From: Octopus vulgaris
Lineage: Eukaryota
DNA length: 64,000 nucleotides
Direction of reading: 5' to 3'
Assembly (NCBI GenBank): GCA_951406725.2
Contig: OX597818.1
Span: forward strand, 15,562,001-15,626,000
In this document: positions 12,745 to 25,485 of the stretch, in pieces
Layout: each line of letters opens with the position of its first letter
How positions within the stretch are numbered: the first letter of the stretch is position 1
Position numbers and translations under genes: made by a program
The notes under the pieces: generated by a model
What the model was told of the DNA's origin: nothing
Seen by the model: the letters and a program-made list of their open reading frames with translations, nothing else
The model's database searches: none

Positions 12745-13266
12745 CTCTCATGGCTTTTGATCTTAATTGATTGGAAGTACTATTATGTACATATTTTGTC
12801 TTGGTATGAAAGATGGGCTACAGCAAATATTCTGCTCAGTACCACAGATTAGTTTGTCAGTTGCTTGGCTTTAACCAATTGGGTATGTTCCCTTGTTGGC
12901 TGATGATATGTGTATTTCTGATAATGAGCAGAAGTAGTGGGGAGCATCATAACCATGTGATGAGAGGAATTCTTTGAGTTTTGAATAATTCACCTTTGGA
13001 AACATGGGTGTTTCATTCAATACCCTGAAAAAACCCTAATTCAGGGACCTTTTGAACGCATTGGGTTCCTTGACCTGAAGAAATTCTAACTGGGCCCCAC
13101 CTGCTAGGTCATGAGTTGTTTATCTGAGTTGGTGATATGAGATCACCATGTTGTGCACATATGGTCGTGATGCATGTGCCTATTGTACCTTCATCAGATG
13201 GGTAGTCATGATGGGTAAACTAGGCTTCGTATATTTTACCCCAGTGTCATGCACAGCTGTCTCACT
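12745..13266. repeat. Unclassified interspersed repeat abutting (AAT)n; partial second copy at about 10423-10603
   Basis: The block gatgggtagtcatgatggg...ggctt.gtatatt.t.acccca and adjacent sequence is shared by both loci. Confidence 0.6.
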
Positions 13267-13301
13267 CAATAATAATAATGATAGTGATAGTAATAATAAT
13301 G

Positions 13302-13353
<52 letters not shown>

Positions 13354-13934
13354 TAACAATAATAATTATCCTTTCTAATATAGGCACAAGGACTGAAATT
13401 TTCAGGGAAGGGCTAGTTGATTTACCTATATATATAAAAGGCAAATGTGTGTGTGTGTGTAAAAATGTGTTAATAAAAGAACATTTACAAGATTGCGTCC
13501 TACAAGAAGACATGATGGATAGGCCAGGCACGCTAGTTGATCATAAACGTGCTCAACCTTGTCTGACCTAGGGCAAACAAAATTTTTAAAGACCTGCTTA
13601 CATATACTTAAATTTGAAACGGAACAAGAATTGTCTTGATTATCCATATTTGACAGAGGGAGACAAGATTTATTGCTTGATCCTTAATTGTCTGGTTTGA
13701 CAGAGGGACAGCAAGGACAAATCTATACCCAGAAAGTTCTTTGCAACACAACTGTTAGCACTATATATCCTCCCATTTATGTATTTAGAACAATATTCAG
13801 ATCTTAGAACTATAAACTTGTTATAACATCACCACCTGTTATATCGTCCGTGACAATATCTGATGTGAATGTGTAACAATATATCCCAGTACCAAACATA
13901 ACCGTATAACAATAAGCAATGTATCAAGAGTTAC

Positions 13935-14955
13935 TCTTTTACGCTTTTACTTGTTTCAGTCATTTGACTGCGGCCATGCTGGAGCACCGCCTTTAATCGA
14001 GCAACTCGACCCCGGGACTTATTCTTTTGTAAGCCCAGTTACTTATTCTATCAGTCTCTTTTGCCGAACCGCTAAGTAACGGGGACATAAACACACCAGC
14101 ATCGGTTGTCAAGCAATGCTAGGGGGACAACCACAGACACACAAACACACACACATATATATATACATATATACGACAGGCTTCTTTTCAGTTTCCATCT
14201 ACGAAATCCACTCACAAGGCATTGGTCAGCCCGGGGCTATAGCAGAAGACACTTGCCCAAGGTGCCACGCAGTTGGTTACCTTATTATAACCATTCACAC
14301 AGTAGCAATCCAATACTCCTATGTAGAATCAATAAACGAAGCTAATGCTCTCACAGTTCGAGCTGAACTATCTCTCTCTTTTTTACTCTTTTATTTGTTT
14401 CAGTCATTTTGACTGTAGCCATGCTGCAGCACCGCCTTTAGTCGAGCAAATCGACCCCAGGACTTATTCTTTGTAAGCCTAGTACTTATTCTATCGGTCT
14501 CTTCTGCTGAACCGCTAAGTTATGGGGACATAAACACACCAGCATCGGTTGTCAAGCGATGTTGATGGGGACAAACACAGACACACAAACACACACAAAC
14601 ACACACATCATCATCATCATCGTTTAACATCCGTTTTCTGTGCTAGCATGGGTTGGACGGTTCGACCGGGGTCTGGGAAGCCAGGAGGCTGCACCAGGCT
14701 ACAGTCTGATCTGGCAGTGTTTCTACAGCTGGATGCCCTTCCTAACGCCAACCACTCCGTATATATGTATATATACACATATACATATATACGACAGGCT
14801 TCTTTTCAGTTTCTGTCTAACAAATCCACTCACAAGGCTTCGGTTGGCCCGATGCTATAGTAGAAGACACTTGCCCAAAGTGCCAAGCAGTGGGACTGAA
14901 CCCGGAACCATGTAGTTGGTAAGCAAGCTACTTACCACACAGCCACTCCTGCGCC
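13935..14955 (-). mobile_element. Two adjacent family B tRNA-derived SINEs (CORE-like, similar to octopus OR-type), with an RTE-tail insertion in the second
   Basis: Minus strand ggctgtgtggtaag...gggttcagtccc...ttgggcaagtgtcttct...agaataagta; other copies near 35921-36080, 46260-46900, 47620-48017, 49437-49840, 52170-52590 and 52780-53117. Confidence 0.78.
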
Positions 14956-15094
14956 ATCTACTGACTCATCTATTTATAAGATTTGCCCAATCTACTGACA
15001 GTCACATGTGGGGGTGTCAGTTCACTGCACCACAAAACCCCAGAGTCTTCCACACATTGAAAAAGAAAACAGAAATCATAATTTAGAAACTTAC

Positions 15095-15340
15095 ATTTAA
15101 CTTTAACAAAGATATAACAACTTGCTGTGTTATTTGATGGATCTGTGGCAGTTACTTTCATAGTGTAAACACTTAAAGACTTCTTATACTTAAGGTGTAA
15201 TTCTTCTGGTTCAAAAGTCAAAGTTACTGAATTGGAATTATCAGTAGCATTTACTAAAAAGTCATCCTTCTTTAACACTTTGTTTGTTTGCAGAAAATAT
15301 TCCTGATCTCCGGGACAGAATATTTCCGGAGCTTCGTGGT
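15095..15340 (-). CDS. Exon 16: HYR domain 2
   Basis: tatAG|...|GTAAG; 246 nt, phase 1-1; DHEAPEIFCPGD...NATDNS...VTATDPSNNTASCYIFVKVK. Confidence 0.92.
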
Positions 15341-15500
15341 CTATAACAGAATAATGAAAGAAATATATTAAAATTCATCCTTTTATAATTCACAAGTATC
15401 TAAAGGAGTGAAGACTTAACTCTAGTTTCCTTATAATGTCAAGCCAATGAGAGATAAACCACTGCCTAAATAAGTTTGTAGTTGTTGTATGTCATATGTA

Positions 15501-16793
15501 CGAGGGGCGTTCAATAAGTAATGCCCCTGACCCACTTCCCATAGCAGTAGGGCAATGAAACTTGGCACAGTTATTAGTCTTTTTCTACATAGGAACCACC
15601 CAGAGTTACGCATTTCTCACATCGTTTGATGCATCTCTGAAGACCGTTTTTGTAGAAGACCCCAGCTTGGTCCTCCAACCACGACGTGACTTCAGAAATC
15701 AAGGCTGCATCATCTGGGAAACGCTTTCCTTTCAAAAACAACTTCATGGCTGGGAAGAGGTGAAAATCAGAGGGTGCAAGGTCAGGAGAGTAGGGGGGAA
15801 TTGGGGATGAGTTCATAGCCGCACGCCTGTGCTTCTGATCTGGCGACACGCGAGTTGTGAACCGGAGCGTTGTCCTGCAAGAGGAGTATGCCTTTGCTGA
15901 TCTTGCCCCGCCTCTTGATTTTGATAGCTTCTCTTAATTTCCTCAAAAGTGAAGCATAATAGGCTCCTGTAATTGTGGCACCCTTTGCCTGGAAATCTGT
16001 CATCAGTACTCCGTCCTGGTCCCAGAAGACTGTGAGCATGACCTTGCCAGCAGAGGGCTGCACCCTTGCCTTCTTTGGAGGAGGTGAGTCACGGTGTGTC
16101 CACTGCATTGACTGGGCTTTGGTCTCTGGATCATAGTGATGGACCCAGGTTTCATCCTGTGTAATCAGTCTTTTGAAAAATTTTGACTCATCTTCTTGGC
16201 ACATCTCCAAATTCATCCTCGAGCAATCGACACGTTCTTGCTTCTGGAAAGAAGTGAGCAACCTGGGAATCCATCTGGCAGACACCTTTTGCGTATGCAA
16301 ATGGTCATGAATGATAGTTTCCACAGACCCGGTACTAATCTTGACCTCATGGGCTATTTGGCGAATAGTTATGCGTCGATCTTCCAAAATGGCAGCCTCA
16401 ACATCACGGACAGATGCCTCATCAATGGCAGAAGGGGGCGACCAGATCTGAGAGCTGTTTCCACAGAGTTCCGACCATGTTTGAATTCATGATGCCAGCG
16501 TTTTACAAGGTCATATGATGGGGTATCATCACCATAAGTTACTTTCATTTCATCAAAAGTCTCCCGTGGTGTGCATTCTTTCAAATACAAAAAACGGATC
16601 ACTGCTCGACACTCAACAGGCTCCATTTCACACTTGACTCAGTTCAAACACCTGTAAATCAGAAACCACAATTAGTTCAGAGCTGTAATTTGCCACTCAA
16701 TCTATAAAGATATAAATAATTGTACATGCAAAATTTCAGCTAGATCAAATAACTGCAAGTAGGTCAGGAGCATTACTTATTGAACGCCCCTCG
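15501..16793 (-). mobile_element. Full-length mariner (DD34D, irritans-like subfamily)
   Basis: TA|cgaggggcgttcaataagtaatgc... about 37-bp TIRs with 2 mismatches, TA on both sides, 1293 bp. Confidence 0.93.
15574..16626 (-). pseudogene. Mariner transposase with two frameshifts
   Basis: Three overlapping ORFs carry WIPRLL, TQDETW, QDNAP and YSPDLAPSDFHLF; 34 residues between the second and third Asp after frame repair. Confidence 0.92.
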
Positions 16794-17666
16794 TATTATT
16801 CCCAAACAAAATCTGTGGCATATTTCCCACAGCAAGAGGAACAAAAGCAACTAGAATTAATAGTTCTAACATGAAATATAATGAAACTCATACAACAAAT
16901 TTGAATTTACAACATATAAGTTGGTAATTCAATATACTATCCACTTTGAAGCAACATACAATTAATAAATACTTCTTCTTTAGTATATCCCATTAGCATT
17001 TAAACCTACCATATCTGGCTAAAATATTCTACATGTTTTATGTCCAAACCAGCCATATCTGGCCTCTCACACTTACCTTACAATGTCATTCTCAAAAAAT
17101 AAAAAAGTTACATCATCACAATACAAAGGCTATGAGATAATGCATGTTTAATTGAAAACAATGTGAATAAATAAACATTACATTTGACAAAATAAATCTG
17201 AATGCTAAAGGACTAAAAAATAAATACATTTTCATCTACTTTATATTAAATATCAAAAAAGGGGTATTTATTTATCCTGTGTTGTTTCAAAGTTTGCTGT
17301 GTATTATTCACAATACTGGAGTTGTAAATGTTTACATTTTCTTTTTACTTTTATCTTTTACTTGTTTCAGATATTAGACTGTGGCCATGCTGGGGCACCA
17401 CCTTGAGGAATTTTAGTTGAATGAATTGACCCCAGTACCCTTTATTTTTAAGCCTGGTACTTATTCTATTAGTCTCTTTTGCCAAGGCACTAAGTTACTG
17501 GGATGTAAACACACCAATACCAGTTGTCAAGTTGAGGTGATGGTGGGCAATGAATTCCAATTTAATCAGCATCTACAGGATCTGAAGCATATTTGTAGAA
17601 AACAAATATGTAATTTTCTCAAGGTTATGAAGAAGCAAATTTTGGGGGCACAATTGTGTAGATATG

Positions 17667-17706
<40 letters not shown>

Positions 17707-18825
17707 AGGATGTATATAACACTCTGTAAAAATGTATGTGTATGATTCTGTATGCATTTATACATGTATATGTATTTAGTTTCAGAAGATATTAGAATAA
17801 TGGAATAAAAGTCAGTCATAATAAGAGATTTCCCAAAAATCTATTTCCTTAATTTTTAACTACTGTTGCTGGCACACATATTTATGCAATTTGGATTTTG
17901 AAGTGTTTAAAAAATTATTTGGAAATTATAAAGAGAAACGAATGGTAGATTCAGACTGTCCGTATTTTAAAACCATGAAGTAAAAAATGGATTTTGTGTG
18001 TCTTAAATTTTTTCTCCGGGAGTTCATGACTTCATAGAAATAAGCATGAAAAACTGCATCAAGATAACCAATTGTCAGATTTTTTACTTCCTTTTAAAAT
18101 ATGCAGATTTTGTGAATGAAACAAACTAGATCCTGAATAAGAAATGAATGTTTAATATGACAAATTTTCCGATTTTTTACGTCATTTTAAAAGGGGGCTG
18201 ATTTTGTAACTCAAACTAACTAGATCTAAGCACAGTGAATACCATCCTCAACAATTTGCTACTCATATGAAGTACATATGTATTTCACCAATTTCTATCA
18301 AATACACTCTCTTTCTTGAGCATAAAAAAATCCTCTTCTCAGGTGACAATAACTTATATGTCAAATTGTTGCACAAGTTCTAGCTGTTTTGATAAGGGAC
18401 ATCAGAAGGGTTTGAAATGATTTCATCAGCATTTATTTGTACCAAAAAGCACATTTTCGATAGACAACATGCTGATCTCATAAGTGTCACATGGTGGAAA
18501 TAAACACAATTACCAAACTTTCAATTCATTATTTCGTTTTTTCGCATTTCAATTTGTACATCTATACTCCTAACTGCATACAAGTGCATATGTAAAACGG
18601 CATCCTTTATTTTTTAATCATTATCTGCTGATATCAACATAAGTAGTATATTGAAAAATAAAACTATTTTGAGGGGGATCTATTTGTAACTCCAAGGGTC
18701 AAAAGGGAGCCTTTGGCCAAAATGGGTTGAGAACCTTTGATCTAAGGTAAGCATAAGAAAACCTTTAAACTGCAACATCAAATATATTTATTAAACTTCT
18801 AACACAATAAAATACATTAAACTGC

Positions 18826-18894
<69 letters not shown>

Positions 18895-18947
18895 ATGTGT
18901 GTGTGTGTGTGTATTATCAGAAAAGTATAGTATTAAATATCCATTGT

Positions 18948-19039
18948 GGCTGATCTTACCAATTGGTTTCATGTAAAGAATACAATAAAGTGTTATGTAA
19001 CAATCTGATTATATAACTTTATGCTCATCAGAATTAGCC
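18948..19039 (-). ncRNA. Type I hammerhead-ribozyme-like motif
   Basis: ggctaatt CTGATGA gcataaag...ctttacat GAA ACC aatt GGT A a gatcagcc. Confidence 0.6.
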
Positions 19040-19168
19040 AATATGGAAGGAAATATGGTGACTGTCCTATATACATATAGGACCATTTCATCATGTTGAG
19101 CTGTTAATCCCTACACATTTTTCTTTCTGTTTTATTTTTGTTCTCTCCCATTTTTTTTCCTCTCAATC

Positions 19169-19204
19169 CTTTCTGCCAAAGAGCATATGCTCAAAACATC
19201 AAAG
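19169..19204 (+). ncRNA. Degenerate minimal hammerhead-like motif
   Basis: cttt CTGCCAA a GAGC atat GCTC AAAAC ATC aaag; three G>A changes at CpG positions would restore CTGCCGA/GAAAC/GTC. Confidence 0.35.
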
Positions 19205-19720
19205 ACTTTTCCATTCTTCCCAAGTGTTAAACTAATACACCTGCTTGTTGTTCCTTCATCTGTCTTCGTCTTTTGTTTTCTGTAAATTTGAACTATAAAT
19301 ATATATATATATATACACACACACACACGCACAAACACACACACACACACACACACACACTAAAAGCCCTTTAAATTGCTATAGTGGCAGACTTGTTACA
19401 TCATCAAATGAAATGCCTTGTAGTATTTATTCTAGATTCTTGCATTCTGAGTTCAAATTCCACTGTGGCTGACATGGTATTTGGTTACCTTAAGCAGAGG
19501 ATTCTGCTCTGTTGCAAGGATTAGGGCCAAGTCTTCAGTTTACAAATACCTTTTTCTCCCCTCTCCCTTCCTGTATTCTCCAAGGCCCTAGAAAGTGTCA
19601 TGGGCACAACTCATTTTTCTGAATAAACAAAATATAAACAAAAATTTAAAAGCATAAACTAAATCACTAAATTTCAAGCAATTTTGAGATTTACATAATA
19701 TATCTTTGTTAATCTGAGAA

Positions 19721-19756
<36 letters not shown>

Positions 19757-20113
19757 TGTGTGTAAAATATAAGCTGAGCTAGTTGAATTTTAAACTATTA
19801 AACTGTAGACTTCATAAACATTATTTTAGAATGGCATTTTAAGTGTTCACATTGTCATACAGTTAACAGTGATTGTGTATACAATATACTTAATGACCTT
19901 ATGTTAAGCTATTTACAGAGCAATAGAATCTAAGACTATTTATCACTCATTAGTTTTAATTGATAAAGTCTATTATAAGATAAAAGTGACTGTTAACCTT
20001 TAGCACAGTGTAAGTGCATCATGTCACTGTATGAGTTTTCTCCCCTTTAGTACAGGACAGTGGCAGGGGAAACAATTCTAGAGAAAATACAGTGTGCTAA
20101 AGGTTAAACTTAC

Positions 20114-20353
20114 CAATAATGGCAATCTGGAATGTGCATTCAGCTACATTGCCTGCATCATCTTCTGCAACATATGTAACTGGGGTGTCAATTAAGATTG
20201 TTTGGTTTATATGAAAGAGTATTGGCCTCACAATGACTGATTTCAGGTATTTAGAATTATCTTGAGCTATGGGTGTTTCTCTGTTGAGACGAGACAGCCT
20301 TTCAACATAAAGAATTTTTGGTGGACAGTTTTTAAATGTTGGTTTCTCAACAT
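20114..20353 (-). CDS. Exon 15: HYR domain 1
   Basis: tgcAG|...|GTAAG; 240 nt, phase 1-1; DVEKPTFKNCP...PIAQDNS...VTYVAEDDAGNVAECTFQI. Confidence 0.92.
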
Positions 20354-21592
20354 CTGCAATTAAAGAAATCGTAATCATTATCCTTTTAACACCTATTTTC
20401 CCATGCTTGTTTGGGACAGATGGGATTTGCAGGAGTAGATTTTTTTTTTTTATGGCTGGATACCCTTTCTGTTGCCAATTCTCACCTGTTTCCAAACAAA
20501 GTAATGTTGCCTGTGATCAGACATGTCTTTATAGGAGTCTGGAAACAAACAATAGTGTCTGTATGATGGTGATAATCATTTACCACCAATATATAATGTT
20601 AATACAAGACACAAGCAAACTCATGCACATACACATGCATACATACACATGCATACACACACATGCATACGTACACTCAAACACACACACACACACAAAA
20701 GCAATGGGCTTCTTTCAGTATATGCTTACGCAATCCACCTACAGGGCTTCCACACACATACAAATATAATCAAGGTGGTTAATCATTTAAATATCCACTT
20801 TTCTACATTTGCATAGACCAGATAAAATTCCTAGAGACAGTTTTTTATTTTCTACAGCCTGATCAATGCCTGCTTTCAAGATAGATAATATTTTTCCTAA
20901 TCCTTCAAATAGTACAATGGCTGGACCTCATTTCACAGAAGATTGCAAATAAACAACATTGCTCATTTGTTTAAAATATTGTTATTGCCTCTTTTGGTAG
21001 GTATATTGTAAACATAGGAAAGGGGTGTTTGTTATATGTCATTCAGCGAAAGGTGGTGAGCTGGCAGAACCGTTAGCACGCCGGGCAAAATGCGTAGCCG
21101 TGTTTCGTCTGCTGTTACGTTCTCAGTTCAAATTCCGCTGAGGTCGACTTTGCCTTTCATCCTTTCGGGGTTGATAAATTAAGTACCAGTTATGCACTGG
21201 GGTCGATGTAATGGACTTAATCCATTTATCTGTTCTTGTTTGTCCCCTCTATGTTTAGCTCCTTGTGGGCAATAAAGAAACATATATGCCATTCAGCGAA
21301 CGGAAATGCTGAGCTGTGAAAATTTGTGACCTGTTGTTTTAGAACTTTCAAAGCACATGATTAATTTAAGATAAGTGAACTTTGTTACCGTTGTACTTTT
21401 AATTGATTCTTATTTTTGGTATGTACTGCAGTACTACAATTTTTTAATAATCATTCTTTGTTATTTGGACATTCTCGACATTAACGTGACTTTATTTTAA
21501 AATGTCTCTTGTTATCTGGCAACCCTAGAGTGTGTAATTATTAGTGTTTTCATTCACTTGTATATGCTTATCAGTGTTAACATTATACATAC

Positions 21593-21778
21593 CAACACAT
21601 ACAGGAGTTGTATGATTCCATTGTGTTGCATTATTTATCACAACACATTTTAAGGGATAAAGAGGTTTTGGTTTGTATCCAGGTCGCAAACAAACATATT
21701 GGACTAAATTCCCTACTTCGTAGGAAGTGAAATTTTGTCTTGCATCTGGTGGAGTACCAGGGTCACTGCATGATGGAC
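21593..21778 (-). CDS. Exon 14: sushi/CCP 7
   Basis: gtcAG|...|GTATG; 186 nt, phase 1-1; GPSCSDPGTPPDARQ...VQYVCLRPGY...WNHTTPVCV. Confidence 0.92.
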
Positions 21779-23163
21779 CTGACAAAAGAACCAAACAAAG
21801 TAAAAAATAATTTAACTTGATATGGAAAACATTTAAATTCGCTATGCAAAGTTATTGTTTCCTAATTAAACACAGAGAAAATCCTATAGAAAATTTAATT
21901 AATGGACAAAGACAACTTTGCATTTGACAGGTTTGTTGATTAAATTAGGACAAGGTTGTTATTGTTTATTTAATTAGAAATAAAATATATTGTATCATGT
22001 ATGAAGGACAGCAAACTAGCAGACCTTAGCATACCAGACAAAATACTTAGCGGCATTTCTTACAGTTTTACGTTCTGAGTTCAAATTCCACTAAGGTTAA
22101 CTTTGTCTTTTATCCTCTCAAGGTCAATAAAGTAAGTACGATTTGAACATAGGGGTCAATGTAATTCACTAACCCCCTTCCCCCATATTTGTACCTCAGC
22201 TAGAAAGAATTGTATCATACATCAATTGAAGTCATATCATATCACCCTATATGATATGCTATTTCATAACAGATCACCTATTTTGTTATATCGTATCAGT
22301 TTATATCATATCAGGTAAAATTATGTAAGAGATTAACAAAATCCTTAGAGCTTCTGACGAAATATTTGTTACATTAGTTAAATTTGTTTTGAGTTCAAAT
22401 CTAGCCGAGGCCAACTTTGTCTTTCATCCTTCCAGTCTCTTTAAAATAAAAGTACTTGTCAACAATCGAGTTTAATATTTCCTTAAAGCATCATAGATGG
22501 GAATGAAATTATATCAGGGGAAGAAAATATAATTTAAATTATAAATCCTTGCCCTAAAATATGAATTCATATGGAATGATATTCTAATATGTAATCTTTC
22601 TTCTTCCTCCTCCTTCCTCTTTCTTTTTCCGGATGTACAAGACTTGATTCCCTTTCAATTTCCTCTGTCAGCTAGTATGCTGCTATTTAGATTAATCAGA
22701 TGAAATACTTAACCATATGTTTAAAGATTTCCCTAACTCACAACAGCCTTTTCCTGAGTAGCAAAACAAGTTTTTGTTTTTTGTCTTTCTGGTGACAAAA
22801 AACACGGGATTTAGACTCAGAAAAAACAGATGTTACAAGATGTCGTCCAATGCTTTAACATTCTAGCCAATCCATTACCATGGACTGGCAATTTATTTTT
22901 TTACTAACTCCCATCACACACACACACCTCACACTCCTCCAAAAGAATGATAAGCCAAATTGACCTAGGCAGGATTTGAACTCTCAGCACACAGAGCTGA
23001 AACAAATACTACTAGATGTTCTATCCAAAGTTCTAATAACTCAGCCAATTCAATCTATGTCATAAAAATTTATGTCACAACAGGTCATAGTAAATTATAC
23101 TATTAGATAACCTGATAGTAATCCCTGAACAACCTAAAATCAACACAAAGCAGACATACTTAC

Positions 23164-23361
23164 CAACACAAGTTAAATTATTAAATGTCCATCGGCCAGT
23201 TTTGCCACAAATCACTGTTTGATTCTTCATTGCACTTTCACCAGCAACTTTAAATAATGGCTGAAGGCACTGAAACTCAAAAGAGCATCCATGATGTGTG
23301 CAGTTAAACTGGTCAGGCATTACCATTCCTGGAATCTGTTTAGGTTGGCCACAGTCAATAG
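23164..23361 (-). CDS. Exon 13: sushi/CCP 6
   Basis: tgcAG|...|GTAAG; 198 nt, phase 1-1; IDCGQPKQIPG...SFEFQCLQPLFKVAGESAMKNQTVICGKTGRWTFNNLTCV. Confidence 0.92.
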
Positions 23362-23382
23362 CTGCAAAATAATTATTATAAA

Positions 23383-23663
23383 GCAATAATAAATCTCTGA
23401 ACGAGGTATAAACAGTAGCTGCACGACAATGTGAAGTATATTTGCCACTTAAATGTGGCGAACCACTAAGGGTGGATGCTACTGTAGCTTGTAGCCCCAG
23501 GAGAACATCTCCTCCAGCTGGCTATTGACACACTTTCTGCAAATACTGATAGGGCACAGAAAGTGTGTCAATAGCCAGCTGGAGATGTTCTCCTGGGGCT
23601 ACAAGCTACAGTAGCATCCACCCTTAGTGGTTCGCCACATTTAAGTGGCAAATATACTTCACA
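23383..23663. mobile_element. Fold-back insertion with 12-bp TSD
   Basis: TSD aattattataaa at 23371-23382 and 23664-23675; arms 23430-23539 and 23557-23663 are complementary apart from a 3-nt indel. Confidence 0.85.
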
Positions 23664-24639
23664 AATTATTATAAAATTTTTTTAAAATTTAATCACCAAA
23701 AAGTACTCTGTTTAGAGTGTGAAGTGGTTAGTGTTAGGAAGGGCATCCAGCTGTAGAAACCCTGCCAAACCAGACAGTGGAGTTTGGTGCAGTTTTCTGA
23801 ATTGCCAGCTCCTTTCAAACCATCCAACTCATGCCAGCATGAAAAACAGACATTAAATGATGATGGCATATTATTCTTTTTCTTTGCACCCTTTTAAAGC
23901 CTAGCCAGGCTTATGGGCTCAGTATCCTGGTTTCAATGGTGTATGTGTTCCCAACTGGACAGGATGCCAGTCCATCACAGGTTACTCATTTTTACCAGCT
24001 GAATGGACTGGAGCAACATGAAATGAAGTGTTTTGCTCAAGAACACAATGCGTCGCCCGGTCCAGGAATCGAAACCACAATCTTACAATCATGATGCTGA
24101 CACCCTAATTACTAAGCCACGCGCCTCCACAATGGCATATTATACAAACTCCAATTTCAGCAACATAGATTTTTTGTCTCCTATGAGAGACACTACTTTG
24201 GATCATATTTAAATCTAAATTATGCAACCAATGTTTCAATCACTAATATCTTCCATTGCAACTACAACAAATTCTGCTCCTTTGATATAACAAACTGCAT
24301 GTCATTTGTACCCATGTTAACCAGCTGCACATGACCCTCTTCCTCCTGTTATTTCTACTTTGTCACACAAGCCAACAAGCTAGAAATAGCAATTAAATAT
24401 CCCGAGAATGATAACCAACCATCATCTTAAAAATGGAAGGACACATTGGATTATGTGTTCCAGGATACACTATGTCAGAATGGATGATGAGATGGTCATG
24501 TTTGGAATGTCATTGATCATACATCTGCTCAATTAGGATCAAATATTTTCTTACTTCTTAATCAGGAGACCATGGCATTTCATAGCACTTTTGAGTTTAG
24601 TGGGGGGTGGGGGGGCAAAGCTATCCTCAAACCAAAGAT

Positions 24640-25050
24640 CTGATCTGAATGCTGGCAACAGAACACACTGTATTAAAGGTATCCAAGGACTATGTGGTGG
24701 CATTAAACTGGTTGCCAACAAAGAACTGCATGCACACATGCATCAACCTGCAGCCTCCTACCTCATAGCTATTCATCACATGTTCTGGTATGGACATATT
24801 CTCTATCTCCTACTAGATCATCCTACTGGAGCTCTACTTTCATTCAACACAGCAGCTGCAAGCTGGAAGTGGCCTCATGGCAGGCCCCACATCAGATAGC
24901 TTGATGTGATTGGGTAAGATCTCCAGGTTCGACATTACCTTGGAGGATGCAGAGGGGCTGGCACAGGACTGCCAGTGATGGAGAGCACTGGTGGACCTGG
25001 TCAGTGCTACACATGATGCTGTCTCTGTGACCACTAGCCTGGGATGACCC
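24640..25050 (+). mobile_element. Decayed RTE-like LINE 3' fragment
   Basis: WYGHIL...WKWPHGRP motif typical of the RTE ORF2 C-terminus. Confidence 0.55.
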
Positions 25051-25290
25051 GAGTCCCATAAAGCAAAAGCATTAAGCAAGCAAGCAAAGCATTTACAAAC
25101 TATGTGTACACACAACAACCACCTTCGTAATCAACAGTTCCTCATTCATTCATTTCTCCAATGCATCTTCACATTCAATCATAGTTGCTACATTTTGGAG
25201 ACCTCATCATTACAGATTCATAAAGATGATTAACACTGCCTAAAGAAAGTAAATGAGAAAACACAAATCACTTGAATTTATTTTACTTAC

Positions 25291-25485
25291 TGTGACATTT
25301 TGAACTCTCTCCCAAAGTCGTGAATATTTTATTCTTCAAGTCATACAGACATCTTCTTTGATATACTTTCTGCACATTTATATTACAGGTAATATTTACG
25401 ATTTCACCATACTTTGTCTTACCAGCTGGGTCAACTGTACCCTCGAATGTAAAAACATTCCTTTCCACAGGAGGGCACTCAGCCT
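25291..25485 (-). CDS. Exon 12: divergent sushi/CCP 5
   Basis: tatAG|...|GTAAG; 195 nt, phase 1-1; AECPPV...YGEIVNITCN...RRCLYDLKNKIFTTLGESSKCH. Confidence 0.88.

Noticed and set aside
13184-13250. CTGATGA preceded by GAA on the minus strand, a possible permuted hammerhead
   Set aside because: I could not build convincing stems or a GUH triplet, and the related copy near 10515-10570 lacks CTGATGA.
13457-13878. Possible solo LTR (TG...CA ends, AATAAA on the minus strand)
   Set aside because: No TSD, PBS or PPT and no second copy in the window.
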